Below the pieces are notes generated by a model. The model was not told the DNA's origin. It saw only the letters and a program-made list of their open reading frames with translations, and searched no databases. Position numbers and translations under genes: made by a program. Shown here one piece after another: positions 1 through 10,637 of a stretch of DNA of 37,778 nt. The stretch comes from Selaginella moellendorffii (taxonomy: Eukaryota > Plantae > Lycopodiophyta): NCBI RefSeq assembly GCF_000143415.4, contig NW_003314485.1, positions 1 to 37,778 of the forward strand. Direction: 5' to 3'. Each line of letters begins with the position of its first letter. Position 1 is the stretch's first letter.

Positions 1-26
1 GTATTCGTTAACATTTTTGGAAACAT

Positions 27-985
27 ATGGGAAGATCGATTCATCTTTTTTGATCTTCCCGATGGGATGGCACCACCACAGGGGGATACTCCGTCATGGA
101 ATGTGTTGCAGGCCCAACACATTTCCCAAGCCTTAAAGGTTGCGAGCAGCTTCATGACATACGAGGGTGTGGTTGTCATGATCCTTCCTCGCTCTCTAAT
201 GTGGGAAGGCCTTCTCGCACACTTGGCTGACAACGATGATGGATTTGTTGAGTTTTCATCTGGCTGCCTTCTTTCGAGTATGGCGGTGGACACAAAAGGC
301 ACTAGCAGGCAGACGCGAAAGGTGTGTGACTTCTTTATCTATAAATTAACTCTATTCTATTTTTTTTTTCCAGATTTATTCCTGGAACTACCATGCTCTA
401 TGCCACATTGGGAACCGGCGTAATGCCACACGAGCTGACGAGCGTGCTGCTCTTGCTTTACCAGGATATGACAGCTCTACAGACATCATCCCAAATGTGA
501 TTGACTCGGACGTTCTTCACCCAGCGTTCCCTGGTTATCGACATCGTTCGGTCACGGCCATGCAAATCTTGTTGGAGTTATTTTGTCCGCCAAAGGGGAT
601 TGTGCTTGATGCTACAGCAGGATTTGGATCAATGGTGCAGGCAGCAAAAGAGACAGGCCGAGCGGTTTTTGCACTTGAGAAGGAGGGTGCCTTTGAGGAC
701 ATTCTTAGGAGATTTTGCGACAGGTGATGTTAGTGCTTGAAATAATCTATAATATTTATTCTCAAATGTTTCTATTTTATTAGGTCTACACTTATCACAC
801 ACAGTGTTTCAGTCCACACGCTTGATCTTGATGATATGGATGATCATATGGACCAAAGTCAATTCCACTTACCTATTTATGCTGAACGTATGGCACAACA
901 TTACATACAACACGAGCCTATAGTGAAGGAGCATTCCACTATACCCATTTCTACTTTTCTGGATATGGAAGCAGAAGAAGATTGA
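27..985 (+). pseudogene. 3' exons of a beta-class N4C/N6A DNA methyltransferase-like gene (truncated copy)
   Basis: Spliced reading uses introns at ~323-373 and ~724-783. It gives FFDLPDG (motif IV position), then HRSVTAMQILLELFCPPKGIVLDATAGFGSMVQAAKETGRAVFALEKE (N6_N4_Mtase C-terminal motif I region), with a stop at 983-985. There is a frameshift near 40 relative to the other copy. Confidence 0.7.
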
Positions 986-1185
986 ATATATTCTGATTTT
1001 AATATAAATTATATTGTTTAATATATTATTTTCTTTTTTTGTAGACTAAAAGATTAGTTCATGTCGAACCAATAATCTACATGAGCTTATGGAATACCTT
1101 AAACACCTAGATTTTATGTTAAAAATTCTTGGTTCAGGACGAACTAAGGTAGTGCCATTAAACTTTCGCTAGTTAGGGGATTGTA

Positions 1186-1264
1186 TTGACTTCCGTTGAC
1201 TTTCGTTGACTTTCATTGACTTGAGCTCAGCTCGTGAGCTCAGCTCAAAAACTACCCAGCCCCG
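1186..1264 (+). repeat. Subterminal repeats and terminus of the ParB-MTase element
   Basis: TTGACTT occurs four times at 10-bp period (1186, 1196, 1206, 1216), followed by GAGCTCAGCTC x2 and AAAAACTACCCAGCCCCG. The block is mirrored at 33442-33523. Confidence 0.75.
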
Positions 1265-1334
1265 TTAAGGAGTTTGTTGTTATGACTGAGTTGTCAAAAG
1301 GTACAAGCTACACTATCAAAATGAAAATCCATCC

Positions 1335-1499
1335 TATACCTGTCCAGATTTTACACAGGGGGAGAACAGGGGAAAGGTATATTTAGCTTGCAAGCACATC
1401 TATTACATTTTTATGCAGGAACTAAACCAAGATCCTAAGGTCGACCATCACATCCATCAGGGAAGCTTTACAATTGCAAAGCTTGAGAAGTGTTTCTAG
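1335..1499 (+). pseudogene. SWIM zinc-finger coding fragment (transposon-derived)
   Basis: Manual translation gives YTCPDFTQGENRGKVYLACKHIYYIFMQEL...*, a SWIM CxC...CKH pattern with the first Cys replaced by Tyr. Confidence 0.6.
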
Positions 1500-1639
1500 A
1501 TCACTTTTGGTGTTCGGATCTATATTTATACTTGTATTTTATTGATCGAATTTACTTGGAAATATAGATTAAATCAAAATTTGAAAAATGAAAAGATGTT
1601 GGTGTGGGACGAACTAATGTTTTCCTTATGTTTGAGAAG

Positions 1640-1688
1640 TCGTGAGCTCAACTCATGAGCTCATGAGCTCAAAACCTACCTGGGCTCG
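1640..1688 (+). repeat. Older, diverged terminus related to 1222-1264
   Basis: GAGCTCAACTCATGAGCTCATGAGCTCAAAACCTACCTGGGCTCG aligns with GAGCTCAGCTCGTGAGCTCAGCTCAAAAACTACCCAGCCCCG. An upstream GGACGAACTAA is also shared (1137 and 1607). Confidence 0.6.
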
Positions 1689-2186
1689 ATGTTATTAGCT
1701 CCTGCTTAAGAAACTTGAGTTCCTTAGTATGGTTGACTGGGATTTATTTAGCTTAGCTAATGTGATAGTTGGCATGAACAAATGTTTATTCGTCTTGCAG
1801 CATTAATTTTGTTCTATTGATTGTTGTTGCAGTTGGTTTTGATAAATTAGATGTTATTTCCTTTGGGTGATATATTTGTGAGCATTTTGTTTGCTAGTTA
1901 ATGATATTTTGTGTTCTTTGAGTTATCTTATATAAGTTGTTTAACATGCTATCTACAATCTTTGATAATTAAATTTCTTATTAAGTTTTTTTGATGATAC
2001 ACTAGCTATTGAATTTTGTTGGATGGTGAATCCTATATTTTCCAATTATGATGATTTTGGTGGTTCTTAATTCTTGTTTATCAGATAATAACTTTTTTGG
2101 AATACTTTTGTGTTCTAATCTAAGATTTATTCACTGATAATTAAATCTCTAAAATATCATTGCCTCTAACTTTGATATTGTCCATC

Positions 2187-2214
2187 TAAGCTCTATTTCG
2201 TTAAAGTGGGAATT
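2187..2214 (+). repeat. Left TIR
   Basis: TAAGCTCTATTTCGTTAAAGTGGGAATT; followed by an inverted TCCCACTT sub-repeat at ~2222. Confidence 0.85.
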
Positions 2215-2629
2215 GTCATTATCCCACTTGTAAAATAAGGTTTCCAAACCTTTATATAGTATATAAATATAAAAAAATTCAACTGCATTGAGGCACATGC
2301 CATTTTATTTTAAACAAGGAAATGTCTACTCAATCACTTCTCCTCCCCCTGCCACTACTTCACCTCTCTCTTCTCCTTGTCATCGTCGTCTAATTTCTTT
2401 CCATCCTTTTAATATTGACTCAGTTGCTCCGAGTCTAGGTGGAGCCCAAGTCCCCATTCAATCTTTACTTTCCCCTTATTAATAAAACAACTTCGCAGAC
2501 TTCCAATAACATGCTGTAACACTTCTAGTATAATGCAAATCCTCTCAAAGAATTGTCTTTTAATATTAATACAATGGCATGGAACCCCATGCCATAATAA
2601 GTTACATTTTTAATTAAATACATGCCATC

Positions 2630-3514
2630 TCAGACTGTTATTTTTTGCCTCCAACGCCTATACAATAATCTTGGAATTTCATCACTCTCCACACTATCAA
2701 GATTTAAACCCAATAGTAATGCCATCTCTTCTCTAATACGTCCACGCTCATGTTCAGTGGTCGAAGAACCCATCCGGTTGAGCAGATTATGGAGATGCAG
2801 ATAGTGCTTGGCTAGACAATATACATGCCATAAATGATGACTGGTGTCTGTCCGATCAAATGGCTTCTGATATACCGTTCCATCTGCCATTTGGTTGATT
2901 TCTGCAGCCACCTCCTGGACTGGCCGGTTCTCTATCACCATCGCTCCAAGCCGTTTTGCAAGGTCCCCCAGAACATACGGTTTCTTCTCCCTAGTTTCCA
3001 TACTGCAAGAGATGGGGTGCATTGCATATGTGTGCGTGTTCGCTGCAGTTTTAATCGGCAAGTCATCGATGATGAGGATTTCACTTGACCTAGCAGTCCG
3101 GTTCATCACTACAGCCTCTGGCTTGACGAAGATGGGCTTGCTACCCCTCACATGGACCATAGTCAAGCAATCCTCCTGCGTTAGGAGAAAGTCAAATGGT
3201 AATATTACTCGCGTCTGATCGTGCATCATCTGTAGCAACGTTAATGCATTGTGGTGCATCATGGATGTCCAAACTCCCAATTGCAAATTGAACCCGGCCC
3301 TCTGTTTTAAGTGTCGCATGGTCATTATTAGATCCCGCAGTTTCTCCCGTGTGATTAATGTGAATCTGTCTCTTTTGACCAACTTGCGACCGCAGGCTTT
3401 GGAGGGTGCAGTGACATTCGAGGACGAGCCACGCTCATGGGAGAAAAGGACACCGTTCAGATCAAAAACGATACAGTACTTTCGTCGTGACTCTGAAATG
3501 AAATGCGTCAGCAT
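2630..3514 (-). CDS. FCP1/NIF (NLI-interacting factor)-like HAD phosphatase-domain exon, transposon cargo
   Basis: Motifs IVFDLNGVL, LGVWTSMMHHNA, LTQEDC, KPIFVK and ILIIDDLPIKTAAN...HP. A splice acceptor near 3492 (TTTCAG on the minus strand) suggests this is a terminal exon. Confidence 0.75.
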   Translation of the reverse strand: MLTHFISESRRKYCIVFDLNGVLFSHERGSSSNVTAPSKACGRKLVKRDRFTLITREKLRDLIMTMRHLKQRAGFNLQLGVWTSMMHHNALTLLQMMHDQTRVILPFDFLLTQEDCLTMVHVRGSKPIFVKPEAVVMNRTARSSEILIIDDLPIKTAANTHTYAMHPISCSMETREKKPYVLGDLAKRLGAMVIENRPVQEVAAEINQMADGTVYQKPFDRTDTSHHLWHVYCLAKHYLHLHNLLNRMGSSTTEHERGRIREEMALLLGLNLDSVESDEIPRLLYRRWRQKITV

Positions 3515-3542
3515 AAAAAATGGTACAAGTCAATTTTACCAT

Positions 3543-5340
3543 CTACAATATTAGTGAATGGTGCTCCCGATGGTCGTTCAGAGGTTTTGGTCGAGGAAAC
3601 GTGAAGGGCGGAAATACTCTCCTCTGCAATGTGGGGTCAATCGCATCCGATGGCGTGTGGGCACATGCCATTTCAGCTGTAGACTCTGGTACAACTGGCT
3701 CAACAGTGGCATGGGGTGGTTCCGATGGCGTGTGATCACACGCCATTTCAGCTGGTGCCTCCGTTGGCAAAGTGGACATGACCGAACAGGTAGCAGGGGC
3801 GGTGTAGGGAGGTTCCAACGGCGCGTAGTCAGACGATTGGGCACACGTTGAGTCCGTTGGAAATGAGGATACGACCGGCTCGGCGGCTGGGGCGGCCTCA
3901 TGCGGGTCCAATGGCGCCTGGTCACCGTCAGTTGGATACGTGGACAAGATTGACTCAGTGGTATGGGCAGCATCAAGTGGAGCGTGGTCAGCTTGCTTGG
4001 CGTTGATATGGATAGTAGCCTCCACCAGCTCTGATGACTCTTGTAGGCAAGTAGAGTCCACTGGCGGATCCATATGCATGTCCAAATATCTCCCTTCGAT
4101 TGAGATGGTATCCTCCCTACTGGCTACTAAAAACAAACTCATTAGCACATTGAATCGACTATACTGTATTTACCATCAACTGCTATTGGGCGCACTGCTG
4201 ATTCTGAAGGATTGGACATACGTTTCGACCCTTGCTTGGCACTATCCTTCCTCAATACTAAAGACTAGAGTTTGTATCTTAATTCAACTAAATAATCTCT
4301 ACTTACCATTTGCTTTGCAACCTACATGGACAATGTTAGAAATGGTAAAAGGTTAGGAATGGATGTACTATTATTTACCTGATGGTTTGTCTTGTATGAC
4401 CTTCCTCCGCTGCTCTTTGGCCACCTCAGGCTGGCCATCGTCGTCATCATCGTCGTCGTCGTTATTGTGATCGTCACCATTGTGAGGACCATCCAAGTCC
4501 TCTTCGTCCTCCTCTTCTTCGTCCTCCTCTTCTTCGTCCTCCTCTTCTTTGTCCTCCTCTTTGTCCTTCTGCTCTTCCTGCTCATTATCTTTCTCTGGCT
4601 CCTCATCCCCCTCCTGCATTTCTTCCATAGGCTGCTCAGGCTGGATGGCTTGTTCTTCCAGGACCATCTTGGGAAAATCATCTGGCCGAGTCTCCATCTC
4701 AAAATACAAGACATCCATAGCCTGTTTTAGTGCGTGACCTAGGACCGTATCCTCACCCGACTGTCTTAACATGGTTTCTGCAAGTTCTTGCACCCTTCGA
4801 AGACGACGAGATGAGAAAAACGTGGCCTTGACTTGAAAAGCATCCCTCATCCATTGTACCTCTCCATTGAGATTGGGGAAGGGGAGTCCGCCATAGGAAT
4901 CTGAGTCAGGAGGTGGTGACCGCGAGGCATTACCTATCATCTTTTCGTTGCCCTTCTTCCTTTTCGAATCAAACGCCTCTGATCCCGACGACTGTCCAAC
5001 GTGCTTTCGCTTTTTATGACCACTGTCAATTTGAGCTTGACTGGTGCTTGCCTGTTTTGCCTTTGAAGAAGTGTCTCCTGCAAGGAATGGCATGAGACCA
5101 CACGCCATTGCAAATATAATTTGTACCTCCTTTTTTCCTATTGCTTGTCTGTTTGTCCTTCTTCGACGCGCCACCAGTGCGCTTTTCAGTCCTCGTATCT
5201 GAATATTCACAACGATCTATAATCAAAATGGCGTGAGGCCTCACGTGACCTTACCTTGTGCAGGTTGTGAGCTCGGCCCAACAGTAGCTGTTAACGCTGT
5301 TTCAGCATCTGGGGGTGGCCATGCTCCTGCATACAGAGCT
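3543..5340 (-). CDS. Low-complexity exons (P/T/A/E-rich, poly-E/D, basic NLS-like) of the cargo transcription unit
   Basis: ORFs 3543-4148 and 4371-5210 with short GT-AG introns (e.g. 5126-5078, ~4377-4322, ~4303-4264, ~4173-4117). Contains KKRK stretches and a long acidic tract. Confidence 0.5.
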
Positions 5341-5377
5341 TGTGAGATAACATTTAAACTTAAAGTGCGTACTCACC

Positions 5378-6697
5378 AGGTTCACAGAGAAGATACTGTT
5401 TTTCTTTGGCAACTGTAATTATATGCTTCATTGAAGTCACCTCTTCAATGGAGTTTGTCACCGAGACACACGGGACACCCTTGAGTAGTGCGGCTCGAAA
5501 GAATAGTCCGCCGCAGTTGTACTCGACAACGCATTTGCCCTTGGAGTCGGAAGCAGGTGCTATTGCGTTGAAGACCTAGCTGAGCATTTCCCATGCTGCA
5601 CCTGGAGCTTTCTCTGGATTCGAAAGCTCCATAGCCGTCTTCAGTTCCTCAGGCACGGGTAAATTGACCTCCCTCAGATCAATTCGATCAGCTTTGTCGA
5701 ACGAAGCTGGGAAGTCACTCCAGTCCCACTCTGCTGCAGGACCAATAACAAGGGCGAGTGTGAAGATGCGGACATTCGTCGGTATCTTCTTCTTAGCCAT
5801 TATCCCATGGATCTCCTACATCTCCTTGCCTTTCAACCGAGCCTTCACCTCGTTCAAGGCCTTCCAGAACTTGTGATAGGATTCGGAGTCGTAGATCATA
5901 TAGTGGACTGAAGATTCCACCTCCGCAAGTCCCACCATTAAGTCAATGATGGAGCTGACTTCGTCTGCATGAATGATCTCCTCGTTTGTGAAGTCCATCA
6001 CACAAAAGATGTTCTTGACCTGCTCATCTCCACGGGAAACGATGCTCCTCCACCTTTGATCCTCATCCGAATTCACGTATACCCGGTAAGGTTCTCGATA
6101 GGCCTCTACTGCGGGGTCGAGCTGTTTCTGAAGCCGGCGGTCGACATCCCTCTTAATGAAATTTGGATACTGATCCAACTTCTTAGCTTTACTTTTCGTG
6201 GCATCCCGCAGCAGATCGATGAACTTGGGGGCCCCCTTCACGTACTCGTCGATGTCTTCATTTGACAACTCCAGCTCTTCCATCATCTCTTGCGTGGTGT
6301 CGATGCTCACCCTCTCCACGGCCACTTGCTCGAAGATCCAATCCTTCAATAGTGCACGAGCTCTCAGAGTCGTGCACAAGTCCTCGTATGTCACAATATG
6401 GCCGGGAGTCATTTTGGTCTTGTTGAAGACTACCTCACCACGTAGAAGAGCATTAGCCACTGTCAGAAGGTCGTCGTCGTCTAGAGACCTCGAGAAACGC
6501 AAGGCGTTGAGCTTCAAATCATTGGGCTTCCGGCCGTCCTCCACACCCATTGAGTTTAGCAACTCCCCGTCATGGTACCTCCTCAGCATATCTACCCATT
6601 TGTCAAAAACAACTTTTGTCGCGAGTAGAATGTTATGGATGCTGAGTGTGTCATTGACCCCCAGTGTTTTCGAGAGAAGACTCGAGAATTCCTGCAA
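5378..6697 (-). pseudogene. Cargo exon with a degenerate amino-methyltransferase-like (beta-class) fold; two in-frame stops
   Basis: One continuous frame across TAGs at 5816-5818 and 5576-5578. The C-terminal NPEKAPGAAWEMLS*VF...KCVVEYNCGGLFFRAALLKGVPCVSVT resembles the xKP...VLDxFxGxG...GR motif I region. Acceptor at ~6693, donor at ~5377. Confidence 0.45.
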
Positions 6698-7420
6698 TGG
6701 AAATGGCGTGAGGCCACATGCTATGCCACATGTCTAGAAGCAAAGTCTAGAAGCTACTCAATTTGAAATTTGTCAAAGGAGTCATAAGATCTGGTTTGTC
6801 AGAGGATTTGATGTGACATTCAAGCGTGTGTTATTTTTGAATTCTCGAACTCATTCCTAGGTCTATCATTTTTGTGCGCCGTGTTCTTGGTTCCGCTGAG
6901 CGCAGTGAGCGCTGCTTGTGTAAGCGGCGTTGTGAGCTGTGGTTTATGCGTCTACGAGCGGTTGCGGCATTGCGAGTGCCATTGCGAGCGGCAGTTTATG
7001 CGAGTGGCAGTTTGTGCGAGCGGCGCTACGAGCAGTTGCGGTGTTGCGAGCGGCACTGTCTTTGGTGTGGCTACCGCTTCCTCTTGATATTCGGCACTTG
7101 TGCTTCCTGGTATGTTCACCATGGAATGGCTTAGGACCACATTTAGAAATGGCATGAGGCCACATGCCATCTTGGGCCCTTGCAATTTCATGGCTAGCGT
7201 ATTGTCATGTATGTTTTTACTTGCCTGCAGCTGTGTGTATATCAAGATGGCATGAGGCCTCATGCCAATTTTGTGAATGCGAAATTTCACGTGGGTGTCA
7301 ATAGCATGTTTGAATAATGGCATGTGGCCTCATGCTATTGAGGTTGTTTGGTATGTTATGATTTAGGCCATTCTCCAATCATGTTTTGTATGGTCTTAAC
7401 TTCCTTTTTGCACTTTCAGA

Positions 7421-10400
7421 ATGGCCTTCAGGGTTAGGGAAAAGGTTTACATTTTGAATGGTGGGAAGAGAGTTGCAAAAGGGACCCTTGTGTCTATGGA
7501 TCAGAACTTTGTTATACACTGTGAAAGGCTTGGGGAAGGCAATGCTGCTGTATCAGTAGAGACTATCTTCGATGGGAATGTGGTCGCTATTGAATGAGGA
7601 GAGATGGTCGTCGGGGTAAATGTTGTTGTTGCCTTGAAAAATCTTCAGAAGAAAGCAGATGTTGGGGACAGCGCAAGTGCGACGCATGTTCCCTCCGTGG
7701 ATCTTAAGAACCGTGCTACATGGATTCAGGCGAAGGTGTTTCTAAACAACCCCGAGGGGGAGGTGGTAGTTGAGGGCTTAGCCACAGTTGTCGATCCAAG
7801 AGATGCGGTTGCTAATCAAGAATTGGGCTGGGATGATATTGGAGTTGCGATTTTAGAGGTTGTTGACACAGAAGAAAACAATCTGACTATTGGAAGCATT
7901 GTGCAGTGGAAATTGAGGCACTTAGTGTTTGAGAATGTGAAGGATTCACAATCAAACACCACTACAATTGATGACAGAACATCTCTTCATGGGAAAAGAA
8001 AGTACACCTTCCTAAAGCGCAGCCAAAGGGATCTGAGCAACAAACTAAAAAGGCAGAAAATGGCGATGGAGGTTCGAATGGTCTCGACAGTTGCTTGTTG
8101 CAAGAGGAGGTGCTGTCAACATGCTGATTGGGATGCTATTGAAGAGGAAAGAGCAAGATACAAGACATTGTCCTGGAAGGCAGCTCGCAATTTTGTGTAT
8201 GAGGCATTATGGTCATCTGTTGATGCTTCAGAACATTAGGTGGGGGGCATGGTCTTCCAGAGAGGTTTGGTCTACATGAAGGCATGGAGAATCATTTATG
8301 GAGTCCCTCGAACCACATTCTACAGAATCAAAACTGAGTTCGAGGAACAAAGGGTTCAACAGGCAGTCCATGGGAACGACGGTACGCACAAAACCAGGGG
8401 TCATGTTGTATATGGAGAGGCAATCTTCAAGAGGTTTGTCGAGACATGTAGCAAGCAGCAACCACATAAAACCCGCCTCTTGGAAGATGAAACACGAGAC
8501 ACCCAACGAGTTCTCCCTTCCATGTATACCAAGGGGGCCATATTGGAAGATGTGAATCGGGAACTCCAGAGTAATGGCTACAGGAAGCTGAGCCAATCTA
8601 GATTTAGTAGATTGTGGAGCAACAGGTTCAGGGATGTGAGTATAGGAAAGTACTCCAGCTTTTCAAAGTGTGACGAGTGCACTGCTATCAAAATGGCTTT
8701 GTCGAAGAATTCTTGCAGCGCTCAAGAGCGAGAGACGTTGGTTAGAAGGCGGCTCGACCACAACATCGAGCAGAGAAGCTGCAGGACTGCATATTATCAT
8801 AACAGGATTCTCTCCATGGAGAGACCTGACTCTTACCTCTGCATCATCCACGACAAAATGGACCAGAAAAAGACGTGCTTACCTCGACTCAATCCTGCCC
8901 CCAAGGCAATCTCTTCATCCATGCAGCTGCCTGTGTCTCTGTTTGGCATAATCGCTCATGGGCATGGTGCCCAGAACTATGGGAACTTCTTTGTACCTCT
9001 ATGGGGTGGCGGGGGTGCAAACATGATGATTGCGTCCCTAGCAAAACACTTAAGGTCTCTGCAAAGTGCGCAGACTGAGCTGAACGGCCAACCCTTGCAT
9101 AAGGCCCTTATCGATCGAACCCCATACAGGGTTCAGCTGGAGGAGGAGCAAAGGCTTGCAGTATCGCGTGGGGCCCCATGCCATCCCAGTGAATATGTTG
9201 GCCGTCAGATTGTAGGGTTATCACGTGAGGCCTCATGCCATTCCGACGAGGCTGGTCGCCCGGTGAATGCACAGCCTCATCCAAACGAAGCAGAATCTCA
9301 AGGAAGTTCTTGCGGCCGATGTGGCCTTCCACCCCATCTTTTGCTCCAAACAGATAATGCTGGCAGTGAGAACAAAAACATGTACGTCTTCGCGTACTTG
9401 GCGATGCTTGTTGCCAAAGGCATATTTGAAACGGTTACACTTGGCTTTCTCATGGTTGGGCACACTCATGAAGACGTCGATGCCATGTTCAGTCACCTGG
9501 CAGAGTCCCTCCGGCGATCCAATGTCCTCACCCTCCCACAACTCTACGATGAATTCCAAAATTGCATCAAAGGCACTGTTGAAGCTGCACTTCTAACAGA
9601 GGTTCCAGACTTTAAGGGGTTTGTAAGAGGCTACATCAGGGACGGATCCGAAATGCTGATTGGCCACTCCAAGCCTGTTCAGTTTCATTTCAGCATGTGT
9701 GACGGTGCTCCAGTGATGAGGTACAAGATGAGAGAATGGGACACAGTGTGGCTGCCAGTGGACGGCATTGAACTCTTCAAGAGAGATCCCATAACTGGGG
9801 AACCTATGATTCCTCAGGGTTCCCCACGGCCGATGCACCCGGATGGACTCAAAAACCAGAAAAGTATAGTGGCCGGGATTAGACAGCATATTGCCTTCTG
9901 GAAGAGGGGGTTGGTGTTTGGTGGAGAATCCTATTTTCAGAGGTGCAAGCCTTTGCTCGAATACTGGGAGAAGATTATATCTGCTATCCAAAATGGGCCG
10001 GTTGTATATGAAGAATTGGAAGAGTCCTTTTGGCCAGAACCCAGAGCACTAGATAGTAGCGGAACAATGTCCTCTGGAAATGCAGTGACAGATAACAATG
10101 TTGAGGATCACTATTGTGGGCCGAGGAACAAGAAGCCGGATTCAGCATTCAATCCAGTACAAGTCTGCAAAGGAATGGTCATGCTTGTCAGACCCAGTAA
10201 TAAAAAACAAATGATATGGGTGGGGCGCTGCATCACTGATGCAGAGGAGGACGCGGAAATTAACTCCTTCAATGTAACTGTGGAGTGGTTCAAGCCAAGT
10301 TCCGGATATACGAAGGATTGCCTAGAAAAGAGATGGGTGCTGAATCCAAGGGATCCTAGCATGAGCATATCGGTGGATAATGTTGTGCATGGTTGGATGC

Positions 10401-10531
10401 GGAAGCAGAGTGCCACCATCACCTTGCCAAACCATGCAAGAGATGCAGCAAGAGCATTCATAACCCGGGTTCAAGGTGAGATTCATGAATATTCCTTTAC
10501 TAAGTTTCTAATGTATTTTATTTCAAGGTGA
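7421..10531 (+). pseudogene. Sola-like DDD transposase (GHTHEDVD type), interrupted by two in-frame stops
   Basis: A single frame from ATG 7421 runs through TGA 7595-7597 and TAG 8237-8239. Motifs: CCKRRC, FSKCDEC, IIHDKMDQKKT, LLLQTDNAGSENKN, FLMVGHTHEDVDAMFS. Two N-terminal En/Spm-type beta-rich repeats (VAKGTLVS..HCERLG; VVEGLATV..NQELG) and a C-terminal SH3/BAH-like segment (VLVRP..IWVG..VEWFKP). Confidence 0.75.
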
Positions 10532-10637
10532 ACAATCCGAATCTGAATCAGAGGAGGCGTGATGGCATGTGGCCTTACGCCATTCCTAGGTGAGATGATA
10601 CAAATAACAAGTATAAATTCTTAGTTGTTCTAGCAAA

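Larger units (their letters stand above)
26..1264 (+). mobile_element. 3' portion (~1.24 kb) of the ParB-methyltransferase element; near-identical inverted copy of 33442-34683
   Basis: Reverse complement of 33442-34683 almost base for base: identical ORF translations, a 1-nt deletion near 40, few other differences. Homology stops sharply at ...ACTACCCAGCCCCG (1264), and positions 1-25 do not match the other copy. Confidence 0.85.

Noticed and set aside
4392-4730. Hydrophobic membrane-protein-like ORF
   Set aside because: It is the antisense reading of the poly-Glu/Asp tract.
7595-8239. Programmed readthrough or RNA editing of transposase stops
   Set aside because: The stops are simply explained by C>T/G>A decay, as seen in the duplicate copy and neighbouring elements.
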